This document shows positions 18,097 to 26,717 of a DNA stretch of 46,646 bases, piece after piece (position 1 is the first letter of the stretch; the number at the start of each line of letters is the position of its first letter). Source of the DNA: Gemmatimonadota bacterium. GTDB taxonomy: Bacteria; Gemmatimonadota; Gemmatimonadetes; Gemmatimonadales; Gemmatimonadaceae. The DNA lies in assembly GCA_040389905.1 (NCBI GenBank), contig JAZJZK010000043.1, forward strand, positions 1 through 46,646, in the 5' to 3' direction. The notes under the pieces are model-generated. The model did no database searches, was not told the origin of the DNA, and worked only from the letters and a program-made list of their open reading frames with translations. Both the position numbers and the translations under genes were made by a program.

Positions 18097-18132
18097 GAGA
18101 CAGAAGATACGTTGTTACTTCTGTCTCGTCAA
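18097..18132 (-). promoter_or_regulatory. Sigma70-like promoter overlapped by a perfect 10-bp inverted repeat
   Basis: TTGACG (18132-18127)-17 bp-TATCTT (18109-18104); IR GAGACAGAAG (18097-18106)/CTTCTGTCTC (18118-18127). Confidence 0.65.
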
Positions 18133-18142
18133 GGATTAGGGC

Positions 18143-19894
18143 TTATTTTGCGCCGCCGCCTTGCACCGACTTCGTCGGCACGTTCCAGTAGAAGTACAAG
18201 GAAGCGTCGCCCGTCGACGCCTCGCTCTTGAGAAGCGGCTGAATGCGATTTGAAAAATCATGGTCCTCGCCTACGTTCTGCGACACGAACCCGACCTCGA
18301 GCGCGAGCTCCCGCCGGACCGTGTTCAAGTGGTTGGGTGTGCGAATGAAAACTCCATCCTCGCGCGTGTACCAACCGTCGTGCGCGAGCGAGTGCTCGAA
18401 CCGGCGAGGGTTGGCGCCGTCCTCGGTGATGACACCCGTGAGCGAGCAGCAGTCCTTGCCCTCGGCACACGCTTTGAGCACGCGCTCGATGTACCGCGAG
18501 TCGACCCAGTCGTCGTCATCGATGAAGCACACGTACTTGCCGACCGCGCGTTCGAGGAGCCGCTGCCTCTTCTCGCCCACGGTCACGTGGTCGTCCGTGT
18601 CGACGCAAATTTCGACACACTGACGTTCGAAGCGCAGGTCGACCGCCTCCGTCATCTGCCAACGTAGATAGTTGACCAGACGCTCGAGTTGCTGCCGACG
18701 CGGTGCGACCGAGCAGATGAGGATCGACAACTCCATCTGCGGCGCGTTGAATTCTGCCGCACGCCTTTCCTCGAACAACTTCTGGTCGTGCTCGTCATGC
18801 CGCGAATTGTGCTTGTACAATTCGTCGAACGTCGCCTTGGAGTTGGCGAAATGTCGATGTTCGACGACAATCTCATCGACGAACACCATCCGCTTCATGT
18901 TGTTGAGCAGGAACGTCTGGTCTGTGTCACAGAAAATCGATCGATATTCCGGATGGTACACATAGCCACCGAGTACCTCCTCGAAAACGTGTCGGCCGAG
19001 AACCGGTAAGGTGCACGTCACTGGCTCACCCTCGCGCACGTGGTCTTTGTTGTACCCGTCATCGAAGCAAATGGCGCCGTCGAGGAGCGGGAAATGTTTC
19101 TCGAACGCGGCCAGGATGCGTTGGTCGTAGCCGCGCATCACCGGCACCATGTCGTCGGAGGCGAGCACGAGCACACCCCAGTCACACACCCTGCCGGCAT
19201 TGCACGCCTCGATCTTGCTCTTGTGGCGGCCGACTGTGACCGTGCAGTCGAGCTCAGCCAGGCGCTGCAGGAACTGGGTATTATTCGAGAGGCGGTCGTC
19301 CTCATCGATCACGACCTCGATGGCGACGTGCCCAATCGCCATGTCGCGGTACTTCGCCAGAACCTCGAGCGCCTGCTGCGGGCGCGCCCTCGTCGGCATC
19401 CTCACGAGCAGCGGCGTCGTGGTGCGCACGCCGCCCGACACGAGGCGCTCGATGGTGGCCTCGTCGGGCACCACGAACTCCTCAGCCTGACGCGCAGCGA
19501 GCGCCTCGGACACGCGCCCGCTTCTTCCCAGGGTCTGCTGTCTATGTGGGCGGGCGAGCACGAGGCGGAACACGAACTCGTCATCGTACCCCGCACGCTC
19601 GCGCACAGGTCGGCCGGTCTTCGGGTCGGCGATCTCGAACACTCCCACGGTCCAGCCGCCCGACTCCCACTCGTGCTTGAGTCGCGACAAGACGCTCGCC
19701 GAGACCTCGCGCGCAATGCGCACCTCGAACATCTTACCGGGGCGGCGCATCGCGGCTGCGCTCTCGACGTCGGCGTCGAGCGAGTACAAGAGCGCTTGCT
19801 CCTCTTCGGTGAGGACGGTCTCGACGAGCTCCTGCTTGTCGACGTCGGCGTCGACGAAGTCGGATAGGTCAGAATCGTCGTCGGCGCGAATCAC
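18143..19894 (-). CDS. Two-domain GT2-like glycosyltransferase with N-terminal extension
   Basis: Domain 1: MPTRARP...IDEDD...SKIEACN...LASDDM...FCD. Domain 2: LSILICSV...GEKRQRLLERAVGKYVCFIDDDD...EDHDF. Confidence 0.88.
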   Translation of the reverse strand: MIRADDDSDLSDFVDADVDKQELVETVLTEEEQALLYSLDADVESAAAMRRPGKMFEVRIAREVSASVLSRLKHEWESGGWTVGVFEIADPKTGRPVRERAGYDDEFVFRLVLARPHRQQTLGRSGRVSEALAARQAEEFVVPDEATIERLVSGGVRTTTPLLVRMPTRARPQQALEVLAKYRDMAIGHVAIEVVIDEDDRLSNNTQFLQRLAELDCTVTVGRHKSKIEACNAGRVCDWGVLVLASDDMVPVMRGYDQRILAAFEKHFPLLDGAICFDDGYNKDHVREGEPVTCTLPVLGRHVFEEVLGGYVYHPEYRSIFCDTDQTFLLNNMKRMVFVDEIVVEHRHFANSKATFDELYKHNSRHDEHDQKLFEERRAAEFNAPQMELSILICSVAPRRQQLERLVNYLRWQMTEAVDLRFERQCVEICVDTDDHVTVGEKRQRLLERAVGKYVCFIDDDDWVDSRYIERVLKACAEGKDCCSLTGVITEDGANPRRFEHSLAHDGWYTREDGVFIRTPNHLNTVRRELALEVGFVSQNVGEDHDFSNRIQPLLKSEASTGDASLYFYWNVPTKSVQGGGAK

Positions 19895-20826
19895 GACTGC
19901 TCCAGTGCGTGTTTGACGCTCTCGGCAAGCGAGGTCTTGGTGAACTCTTTAAAGCTTTGATCCCCATGCACTTGTCGCATATCAGGATCAGCAACCAGCA
20001 TCTTGCACGTCTCAACAATCTCACAGCGCTCGACATAGCACATTGACTTCTTGGCGAAGAACTCGAGCTCGCGGTCGATGCCGCCGTCCTCGGTCACCAC
20101 GCACTTTTTGTTGGCCAGGAGGTGCGAGCAGCGGAAGATCTCGAACACGCCGCCCTCGTAGTAGTGGAGGTTGAGCACCACCTTGGCGCGGGCAACGTAC
20201 GAATCGAGGTCGCGGTTGTAGACACCGAACACGTGCTCGACCTTGAGGCCGGCGCGGCGCAGGTCGCTGAGAATCTTGCCGCGGTCCATGACCTTGATGC
20301 CGCTCTTGTGCATGCCGATGATTCGCTGCGGAGGTTCAACCGACCCGTAGAAGAGGACGTCGATGTCCTCCTTCTCGAGCGGGAGCGCCTCGATACGCGA
20401 CATGGCCGGCGAGTAGCCGACCGGGCAGTGGATGACGTGCTCGACGCCGAGCTTGCGCAGCGCCGCCGCGTTGGTCTGCGAGTAGTCCCAGACGACGCGG
20501 TTCTTCCAGGTCTTGACCGCGTCGAAGATGCGCTTGGGTACGGCCCCGACGGCGCCCAGTTGCTCGGTGTTGAAAAGGATGGCGTTCGGCGGGCAGAATG
20601 AGCCCTGGTCGCGCGGGTCGTCGATCGAGTCCATGTTCTGCGCGCCGAAGACGATCGGGCGAGCGGTCTTGTCGACGTTGAACCCGTCGGTCGTCGGCGG
20701 CACGACCTCGTGGCCGAGTTCCCGCAACGTGTAGACGAGCGCCTGCACGAAGTCGACGAAGCACGCCGCGTTCGGGTGCATGGGATGGCCAAGGCCGCAG
20801 ATGGGGACGGAGAATTTCATTTTCAC
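19891..20826 (-). CDS. GT-B glycosyltransferase (CgeB/Glyco_trans_1_2-like)
   Basis: DIDVLFYGS...R...ARAKVVLNLHYY...FEIFRCSHLLANKKCVVTE. Confidence 0.8.
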   Translation of the reverse strand: MKMKFSVPICGLGHPMHPNAACFVDFVQALVYTLRELGHEVVPPTTDGFNVDKTARPIVFGAQNMDSIDDPRDQGSFCPPNAILFNTEQLGAVGAVPKRIFDAVKTWKNRVVWDYSQTNAAALRKLGVEHVIHCPVGYSPAMSRIEALPLEKEDIDVLFYGSVEPPQRIIGMHKSGIKVMDRGKILSDLRRAGLKVEHVFGVYNRDLDSYVARAKVVLNLHYYEGGVFEIFRCSHLLANKKCVVTEDGGIDRELEFFAKKSMCYVERCEIVETCKMLVADPDMRQVHGDQSFKEFTKTSLAESVKHALEQS

Positions 20827-21374
20827 CCCACGTTGATTTGAAGCATGTTCGCAAAGAAGTGCAGGTACTGCCGCGTCTGGCGCACCATGTCCGCGTCGTC
20901 TTTCCAGGCGTGCGCTTCTATGAACGCGAGCACCCAGGCCGACTGCGCGTTGAGAAGCTGATTCGCCGTCTTCAATCCGCCAGGGATGAGGCTGAGGTCG
21001 ACGCCACCGATTTCGGTCTGACCGGTGGTCGCCGGCCGCGTCATGCCAAAATTTGACGCTACCTTGAGATTGATCGCCTTCTTGAACACGAGCCGCAGAT
21101 GGATGTACGCGCCGCGGTCATCCTCGGTCGTCGGCACGCCGCTCTGGCGGTCGTGCACGAGGAAGTGGTAGCCGACGAGGCCCCGCTTCCTTTCGAGATA
21201 GCGGACGAGCGGCAGCACCTCGTTGCGCAACAACCGGATGACGACCGGCGCCGCCGGGTTGATGCCTCGTGCTTGACACCATGCGGGCTCGAGCGCCGGC
21301 ACCTTGTCGGTGGTGCTCGGCTCGGGCACGCGCAAGAACGTGACCCACTCTCGCGAGGCTGCTAGTTTTTTCAC
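20823..21374 (-). CDS. Hypothetical protein, weakly like lantibiotic dehydratase C-terminal/thiopeptide-type domain
   Basis: YHFLVHD...YIHLRL...QYLHFFANML resembles F.RY...HLRLR...H...N motifs. Confidence 0.4.
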   Translation of the reverse strand: MKKLAASREWVTFLRVPEPSTTDKVPALEPAWCQARGINPAAPVVIRLLRNEVLPLVRYLERKRGLVGYHFLVHDRQSGVPTTEDDRGAYIHLRLVFKKAINLKVASNFGMTRPATTGQTEIGGVDLSLIPGGLKTANQLLNAQSAWVLAFIEAHAWKDDADMVRQTRQYLHFFANMLQINVG

Positions 21375-21550
21375 GACCGCTCGCTCTTCTGTGTAAAAGG
21401 TCCCTGACGCAGAAGATCCTCGACCGGGGTGTTCCAGAGAAAATTGAAGCCACCTAAAAAATCAACCGGCGATTTCTGTGTATACCCGCGATACAAACCG
21501 GCAGCAGCCATCAGCATAACTTCGATCGACACTCGAAAGATTTTCCTCAT
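21371..21550 (-). CDS. Hypothetical small protein
   Basis: ATG after AGGAG; coupled to downstream GTG. Confidence 0.5.
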   Translation of the reverse strand: MRKIFRVSIEVMLMAAAGLYRGYTQKSPVDFLGGFNFLWNTPVEDLLRQGPFTQKSERS

Positions 21551-21561
21551 CGCGTTTTCTC

Positions 21562-22749
21562 CTACCCCGCCAAGTCTCCAACCACATCCAACGGCGCCCC
21601 CGCCGCGATGGCCTGCTTCGCAAAAGACAGCTGCAGCTTCTTGTCCTTGATGATGCGGCAGCAGTCGGATGCGAGCAGCAGCGACTGCCACTCGAGGTTC
21701 ACGTCCACCGCCCCGTGAACCGGGCGCTCGTAGACGTAGCGAGCGATCTTCGCCGAGCGCATTGCCAGCGGGATGGCTTTGCGCACGTCGACCTTCGCCG
21801 CGTTCTTTGCCAGTAGCCAGTGCGCTTCAGGCACGAACGCAACCGCGGCGATGGCCTGCAACCGCTTGACGAGCTCGGCCGGCTCGAACAGACCGAAGGT
21901 CTCGGCCACGTAGCAGTACATCGTACGCGCGTACATGGCCTTCTGGCGGTCGTACACCTTCGAACCCTCGATCTCAGCGAGCTCGGCGTAGCGGTTGTAC
22001 AACGCCATCGAGGCAAACTTGTGCGAGAGCCACGCACCACCACGCTCCGGCTGCCCGTCGTCACCGAGCGGCTCGTTGTGTCCGAGAACGAACAACGTCT
22101 CGGCGAGTTGGAACATGGCCTCGGCGCGATTCTCGAGTGACAAGGTTTCGTCGTCGACCACAGCAGTCAAGTCGGGGAGGTCCTTAAAGCGCAATCGCTT
22201 GAGCTTGCGCTGCAGGTTCGACTCTTCGTGAACGACGAAGACGCCGGGCACGAGCGGGCCTTCGATCTCTCCCTTCGGCCCGTACGGCTGCTCGTGCCTC
22301 TTGCCGGCGGTGTTCATGAATTTCCACCCGCCCCCCGTGCGCAGGATGCGCGGGAACGGCCACTGCCGCGGACCAGAGCGCATCATGATGCAGTAGGCAC
22401 CAGCACCTTCGGCAGCCGTCCGAGCTTCGAGATACGCGCGCAGCTCGGCGCCGCCGACCAACGTCTCGTCGGCCGAAAGAGAGATACTGAACTCGAATTC
22501 GTATGCCTGTACCGCTAGCTCTAAAACACGATTTCGAGCAGTAGCGTAATCAACAAAGCTATCTTGAAAAATAGATCCTTTTACTTTATTGAAACGTAAC
22601 CACTCACTGACAATATCCACAGAATTATCCGTCGAACCGGTATCCATAATCGCAAAATAATCAACATGCCTTAGACACGACTCTAGTGTTTTGACAATCG
22701 TACGCGCCTCATTTTTTACGATGATCGCCAGACACAGAACAGGTTTCAT
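21562..22749 (-). CDS. GT2 glycosyltransferase with helical (TPR-like) C-terminus
   Basis: CLAIIVKNEARTI...MDTGSTD...DYATARN...LSADE...HEQ, the protein-glycosylating GT2+TPR architecture. Confidence 0.85.
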   Translation of the reverse strand: MKPVLCLAIIVKNEARTIVKTLESCLRHVDYFAIMDTGSTDNSVDIVSEWLRFNKVKGSIFQDSFVDYATARNRVLELAVQAYEFEFSISLSADETLVGGAELRAYLEARTAAEGAGAYCIMMRSGPRQWPFPRILRTGGGWKFMNTAGKRHEQPYGPKGEIEGPLVPGVFVVHEESNLQRKLKRLRFKDLPDLTAVVDDETLSLENRAEAMFQLAETLFVLGHNEPLGDDGQPERGGAWLSHKFASMALYNRYAELAEIEGSKVYDRQKAMYARTMYCYVAETFGLFEPAELVKRLQAIAAVAFVPEAHWLLAKNAAKVDVRKAIPLAMRSAKIARYVYERPVHGAVDVNLEWQSLLLASDCCRIIKDKKLQLSFAKQAIAAGAPLDVVGDLAG

Positions 22750-23330
22750 TATCGCCCCTTGAGAGATGGTGCACGTCGAACATACGCAACCAACATCTCC
22801 AAATCTTTTAGCGTCGCATCTTTTTTCAGTACATTACAACGAAAACAGACTACCGCGATATTGTCTACAGTATACCCGCAGTTGTTATCTATACGATCAA
22901 TAGACGGAAACGACGACTCTTTACCCCAGTGTTCAATAGGCGCAGAGTAGTTCAGTACAGTGCTGCAACAGGCACACGTAGTCGGAATTTTATTTTTAAA
23001 CACATCTAAAATTTCTTCTAGCCTAGAACAGTCCAGCCCATACCTGTCTGCTCTTCGTAGAGCACCTTTTACCAGATCTCTCAGTCGCACCGCCGGATCG
23101 CTATAGCGATAGCGTCTCTTTGACGCTTTTCTTGCTTCTATGTTTCTCTGATTCGACAGCGCATTTTGTTCTGGTGTGTTTCTATGGTGCGCTGCCGGAC
23201 GTTCACGATAATGTGCAGCGGTCAACGAGACACCCGTCGCTTTAGCTACAGCAGCGAGGCTCATGCCTAAATTTCTACGCCACGTTTTTAGTACAAGCCA
23301 CCGCGGCGTAGTTAGAGCAGAACGAGGCAT
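22749..23330 (-). CDS. HNH homing endonuclease with N-terminal HTH (AT-rich)
   Basis: CACC...SIDRIDNNCGYTVDNIAVVCFRCNVLK; N-terminal GMSLAAVAKATGVS; low GC. Confidence 0.85.
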   Translation of the reverse strand: MPRSALTTPRWLVLKTWRRNLGMSLAAVAKATGVSLTAAHYRERPAAHHRNTPEQNALSNQRNIEARKASKRRYRYSDPAVRLRDLVKGALRRADRYGLDCSRLEEILDVFKNKIPTTCACCSTVLNYSAPIEHWGKESSFPSIDRIDNNCGYTVDNIAVVCFRCNVLKKDATLKDLEMLVAYVRRAPSLKGR

Positions 23331-23363
23331 TAAGTTGATCGCAAGCACGACCACGTCCTCCTA

Positions 23364-23882
23364 TCAGCTCTGCCCGTTTGGCGACGCCTGCGGACCGTCC
23401 GCGTGAATCAGTGGCTGCGGCCCCGGCACCGACCCGCGCGGCACGTACCGCGTGGTGTCGATCTTGCCGTCGGTCATCATGTCGGCGCGCTCTTCGGCGT
23501 CCTGCTCCTGAGGCGTCATCTCGTTGCCCATCGAGTCGACGCGCACCATGTCGCGCGTGTTGACCGGCTTCGAGGGGGCGGGCGGCGCCTGACCGTTCGC
23601 GGGCGCAGCACCTTCAGCCGGCGCACCAGTCGCGGCGGCAATCGCCTCGGGCGTGATGTTGAGCGCGGACAAGATCGCTGCCTGCTGCGACTCGAGCACC
23701 TTGAGACGCGTGAAGACCGTGCGGAACGACTTGTCCACGAGGTCGACGAACTCGACGAGGTGCGTACCGAGCGCGCGGGTGTAATACTCGAGCGGCTGGT
23801 CCTTGTGCTTCTCCCACGCCTCGGTCAACTGCTGCCGAAGGCGGTCCGTGATCGTCACTTTCTCCTGCGACATCGTCGTCAT
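23364..23882 (-). CDS. Hypothetical protein (coiled coil plus Pro/Ala linker)
   Basis: Coupled ORF with AAGGAG RBS. Confidence 0.7.
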   Translation of the reverse strand: MTTMSQEKVTITDRLRQQLTEAWEKHKDQPLEYYTRALGTHLVEFVDLVDKSFRTVFTRLKVLESQQAAILSALNITPEAIAAATGAPAEGAAPANGQAPPAPSKPVNTRDMVRVDSMGNEMTPQEQDAEERADMMTDGKIDTTRYVPRGSVPGPQPLIHADGPQASPNGQS

Positions 23883-25012
23883 TCTCCTTTTGGTTGCTGT
23901 TGCTGCCGCCGTGCCATGCGCACGTCGAGGAGCATCTTGAGGGGTGCGAGAAATTCAATCGGAATACCCGACTGAAGAATTTTCATGACCTGCGCCTGCA
24001 GAATTTCGAGCGGTCCGCCGGACAGGAGCGCGTCGAGGTTGTCGGGATTGAGCTCTTTGGATGCCACACGCGCGAGCAGCAACCCCTGCTCGGTCGTGAG
24101 CGCACCACCCTCGAGCGCCGGGAGCTTGCCGAAGATGACCTCGAACTGCTCGACCGTGAGCTTGCCGCCCTCGTCCTGCTTCTTGAAGAACTCGCCGACG
24201 GTCATCGCTTCGATGGAGGCGGTGCCGGGCTGCCAGTTGGCGCTCGCGTTCGGCCCTTTGAAGCTCGAGAGCATGGGCGGCACCACGCTCCACGCCATGT
24301 CGAGACCCTTGCCGATGTTGTCGCGCCACATCTTGCGCGCCTCGCGCTTGTCGGCGCGCTCGTCCTCGGCCATTGCCAGGCGCATGTTCATTTCGAGGAG
24401 CTCGATGTTCTTCGCCTGCGCCTTCTCGAGCTGCGCGTAGGCGTAGGACGCCTGGCGGTCAGAGCGATCGAGGAGGCCCTCCACCATACCACCGAGGAGC
24501 GAAAACAGTTGATTGTGGTGCCCCAGCATCGCGAGGTTGTAGCGCTGCGCGAACGGTACCTCCTCGTCGTCTTCGCCGTCGTGCTCGCCATTTTCGCCGC
24601 GGCGGTAGTTCTTGCGCGGCTTGACCGTGAGCGACATCTGCTCGAAGTAGTCGTCCGATCGCCCGTGGTGCATGGCGCCGACGATGAAAACCATTTCCTT
24701 CTGCACCATGTCGGTCTCAATGCGGGCTCTGTGAATTACCTCGTTGCACATCATCACCAGGCGCTCGGGACTTGGTTTGGTCGAGCCACTCTTGAAGATA
24801 TACTGCTTGATCTGTTTTCCGTACTGGTCCTTGTTCCGCCCCTTGACGACGCGCGCTTCGATGCGCTCGGGGAAGTCACCCTCGCCTTCGAACAAGTCGG
24901 TGAGGAACTTCCACAGATCTTCGTTGACCGGGCTGAGCGGGGACTTCTTCAGGTCCCTGTCGAAGTCAGATTCCTTGTCCTTTTTCGGGTTCTCGTCCTG
25001 CTCGTCGCTCAC
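23879..25012 (-). CDS. Hypothetical protein with central coiled coil
   Basis: 377-aa ORF with GC3-biased codons; GTGA coupling. Confidence 0.75.
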   Translation of the reverse strand: MSDEQDENPKKDKESDFDRDLKKSPLSPVNEDLWKFLTDLFEGEGDFPERIEARVVKGRNKDQYGKQIKQYIFKSGSTKPSPERLVMMCNEVIHRARIETDMVQKEMVFIVGAMHHGRSDDYFEQMSLTVKPRKNYRRGENGEHDGEDDEEVPFAQRYNLAMLGHHNQLFSLLGGMVEGLLDRSDRQASYAYAQLEKAQAKNIELLEMNMRLAMAEDERADKREARKMWRDNIGKGLDMAWSVVPPMLSSFKGPNASANWQPGTASIEAMTVGEFFKKQDEGGKLTVEQFEVIFGKLPALEGGALTTEQGLLLARVASKELNPDNLDALLSGGPLEILQAQVMKILQSGIPIEFLAPLKMLLDVRMARRQQQQPKGE

Positions 25013-25293
25013 TTGGTCACCGCCTTCCGCCGGGTCAAAGCGTCGCGGATGAGTTCTAGGGACCCGCGGCGCACGTCGAGGCCGGCGAGAGCGGAGGTAA
25101 CTACGCTGCGCGAGAGGCCAAGCTCGCGCGTCGCCGCCGGCAAGCCGATTTCGTCGACGATGCTGCGGAGGTAGTCGCGCTCTTCTGCGGTGAGCACGTT
25201 CAGTTCGGCAATCGGGACTTGAGCCACGAAAATCAATCTGCCCGAGTCCTTGGGCAGAGGTGAGTAAAAAATACTAGCCCTATTTACATTCAA
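25009..25293 (-). CDS. Small HTH-like regulator (start uncertain, possibly GTG 25227)
   Basis: GLPAATRELGLSRSVVTSALAG; similar to the divergent partner gene. Confidence 0.6.
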   Translation of the reverse strand: MNVNRASIFYSPLPKDSGRLIFVAQVPIAELNVLTAEERDYLRSIVDEIGLPAATRELGLSRSVVTSALAGLDVRRGSLELIRDALTRRKAVTK

Positions 25294-25311
25294 TCTTAGC
25301 TTCTGTAATAT
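25283..25311 (+). promoter_or_regulatory. Sigma70-like promoter for a probably leaderless mRNA
   Basis: TTTACA-17-TAATAT, ATG at 25320, no RBS; AT-rich island. Confidence 0.5.
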
Positions 25312-25319
25312 AAACTCCG

Positions 25320-25547
25320 ATGTCGCGAAAAACGTGGGCCTGTGGCGAACCTCTCGACGATCAATGGCAGTCGCAACTACGCGAAGCCATTAAACAATTT
25401 GGCGAAAAGCAGATCGTCAAGCTCCTCGGAGTGAACATGATCTCCATCGCCCGCGCTGCTGCTGGGTTCGGGCTACGGAAGGGGACCGCCCACCTCATCC
25501 AGTCCAAGCTCGCGGCGGCGGTAGAAGAACAGCAGCGGGCGGCGTAA
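25320..25547 (+). CDS. Small HTH-like regulator
   Basis: GEKQIVKLLGVNMISIARAAAG..LRKGT parallels GL.AATRELGLS...ALAG..VRRGS of the divergent gene. Confidence 0.65.
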   Translation: MSRKTWACGEPLDDQWQSQLREAIKQFGEKQIVKLLGVNMISIARAAAGFGLRKGTAHLIQSKLAAAVEEQQRAA

Positions 25548-26717
25548 TCACACCCCGAGGCTGAATATCGCGCGGTAGTTGCAGGCTGAGGCGTCCGTGT
25601 TGTCGATCTTGATCGACTGGGCGTCTCCTGGAATCGTCATGGGCGTCATCAGAGTTCCCTGGACGACAAGCTGCGCAGCGCAAACAAATCCCGCCGAGTC
25701 CAGTAAGCTGACCGTAAACTTACCCACGGTCGACAATGTCGAATACACAACAAGTGATTTCGAAAATTGTGGAATGGCCGCGCCACCGAAAGAGCCATTA
25801 CCGACCTGGTCGAGATACACAGTTCGCGTGATAGGCGTAGTTCGCAAAATCGCCCCGAACGAAATCTGTCCGTACAGCGTCACCAATGGAAACGAAGTGG
25901 GGGCAGTAGCATTCGGCAATGACGCCACGTTCGCCACCGCGAGGTCGATTGCGAACTGACTGCCCGACAAGGTCAGTTGGCAACCGAGTGGGCCGATATC
26001 GACCTCCATACTTTGAAGAAATCCGCGTGTACCAAATTTGATTCTAGCGTAGGGACGGATCGGCGCAGGACCGCCTGGACCTCCCGCTCGCTCGAAAAAA
26101 TTACCTTTCGATGCCGTAGTCCCCAGGGTGATAGTCCCCACAGACGTCTCAGCGTCTTTCCCTGCCCACTGAGCGACTGTCGCGAACGGATCATCCCCAG
26201 TCGCGGCAACTTGCAAAATAGCTACGTTACCAAGTGACCCATCGAGAACAGAAGGCGGGTTACTCCGTACAAATGGCGCGACAGCGTTCAGATCGGCGTG
26301 TTCGTTTTTTCCCTGCTCGACACGCGTGTAGAAATCATCACCGCCGGCTGCACGCGCAGCCTTGTCCTTGTCCATGAGGTACTTGTCGACCTCATCGATA
26401 TATCGACTGGGCTGAATCAGGTTGTCGATCTGTCCAAGCCCAACCCCTCCGTCGTCAATTATCATTCGCGGCACCGCACCGATGACCGGCGCCTGCTTAT
26501 GCATCGCTGCCATCTTGAGCGCGAAGTCGACCTCGCGATCGTCAAGAGCGCGTCCCAGCTTCATCTTCTCGCCAATGAGAGCGGCGATGGCTGCACGCGA
26601 GCGCACCTCGCGCTCCTCAGAGGACATCTGCGCGGCGGTGATCCGCGGCGATGTTTTATCGTCGGGCGGTGCAGAAAGCTCACCGAGAATATTCTTGAAC
26701 GGATCGTCGTCACTCAT
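25548..26717 (-). CDS. Putative virion structural protein with beta-rich C-terminal domain, paralog of 36823..37770
   Basis: Shared blocks: W.G.D.ET, RP[YF]A...[FW]G, E[VI]DIG, RT.Y[LI]D, P.F, end in [LS][GI]-like hydrophobic C-terminus. Confidence 0.6.
   Translation of the reverse strand: MSDDDPFKNILGELSAPPDDKTSPRITAAQMSSEEREVRSRAAIAALIGEKMKLGRALDDREVDFALKMAAMHKQAPVIGAVPRMIIDDGGVGLGQIDNLIQPSRYIDEVDKYLMDKDKAARAAGGDDFYTRVEQGKNEHADLNAVAPFVRSNPPSVLDGSLGNVAILQVAATGDDPFATVAQWAGKDAETSVGTITLGTTASKGNFFERAGGPGGPAPIRPYARIKFGTRGFLQSMEVDIGPLGCQLTLSGSQFAIDLAVANVASLPNATAPTSFPLVTLYGQISFGAILRTTPITRTVYLDQVGNGSFGGAAIPQFSKSLVVYSTLSTVGKFTVSLLDSAGFVCAAQLVVQGTLMTPMTIPGDAQSIKIDNTDASACNYRAIFSLGV

Noticed and set aside
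5822..22749. Host O-antigen/EPS operon or Gtr-type serotype-conversion cassette
   Set aside because: No Wzx/Wzy/Wzm, GtrA/B or polytopic membrane GT recognised; interleaved with phage-type small ORFs and co-oriented with the virion operon
20823..22749. Complete RiPP (glycocin/lanthipeptide) biosynthetic cluster
   Set aside because: No convincing precursor peptide, LanB N-terminal domain, cyclase or transporter
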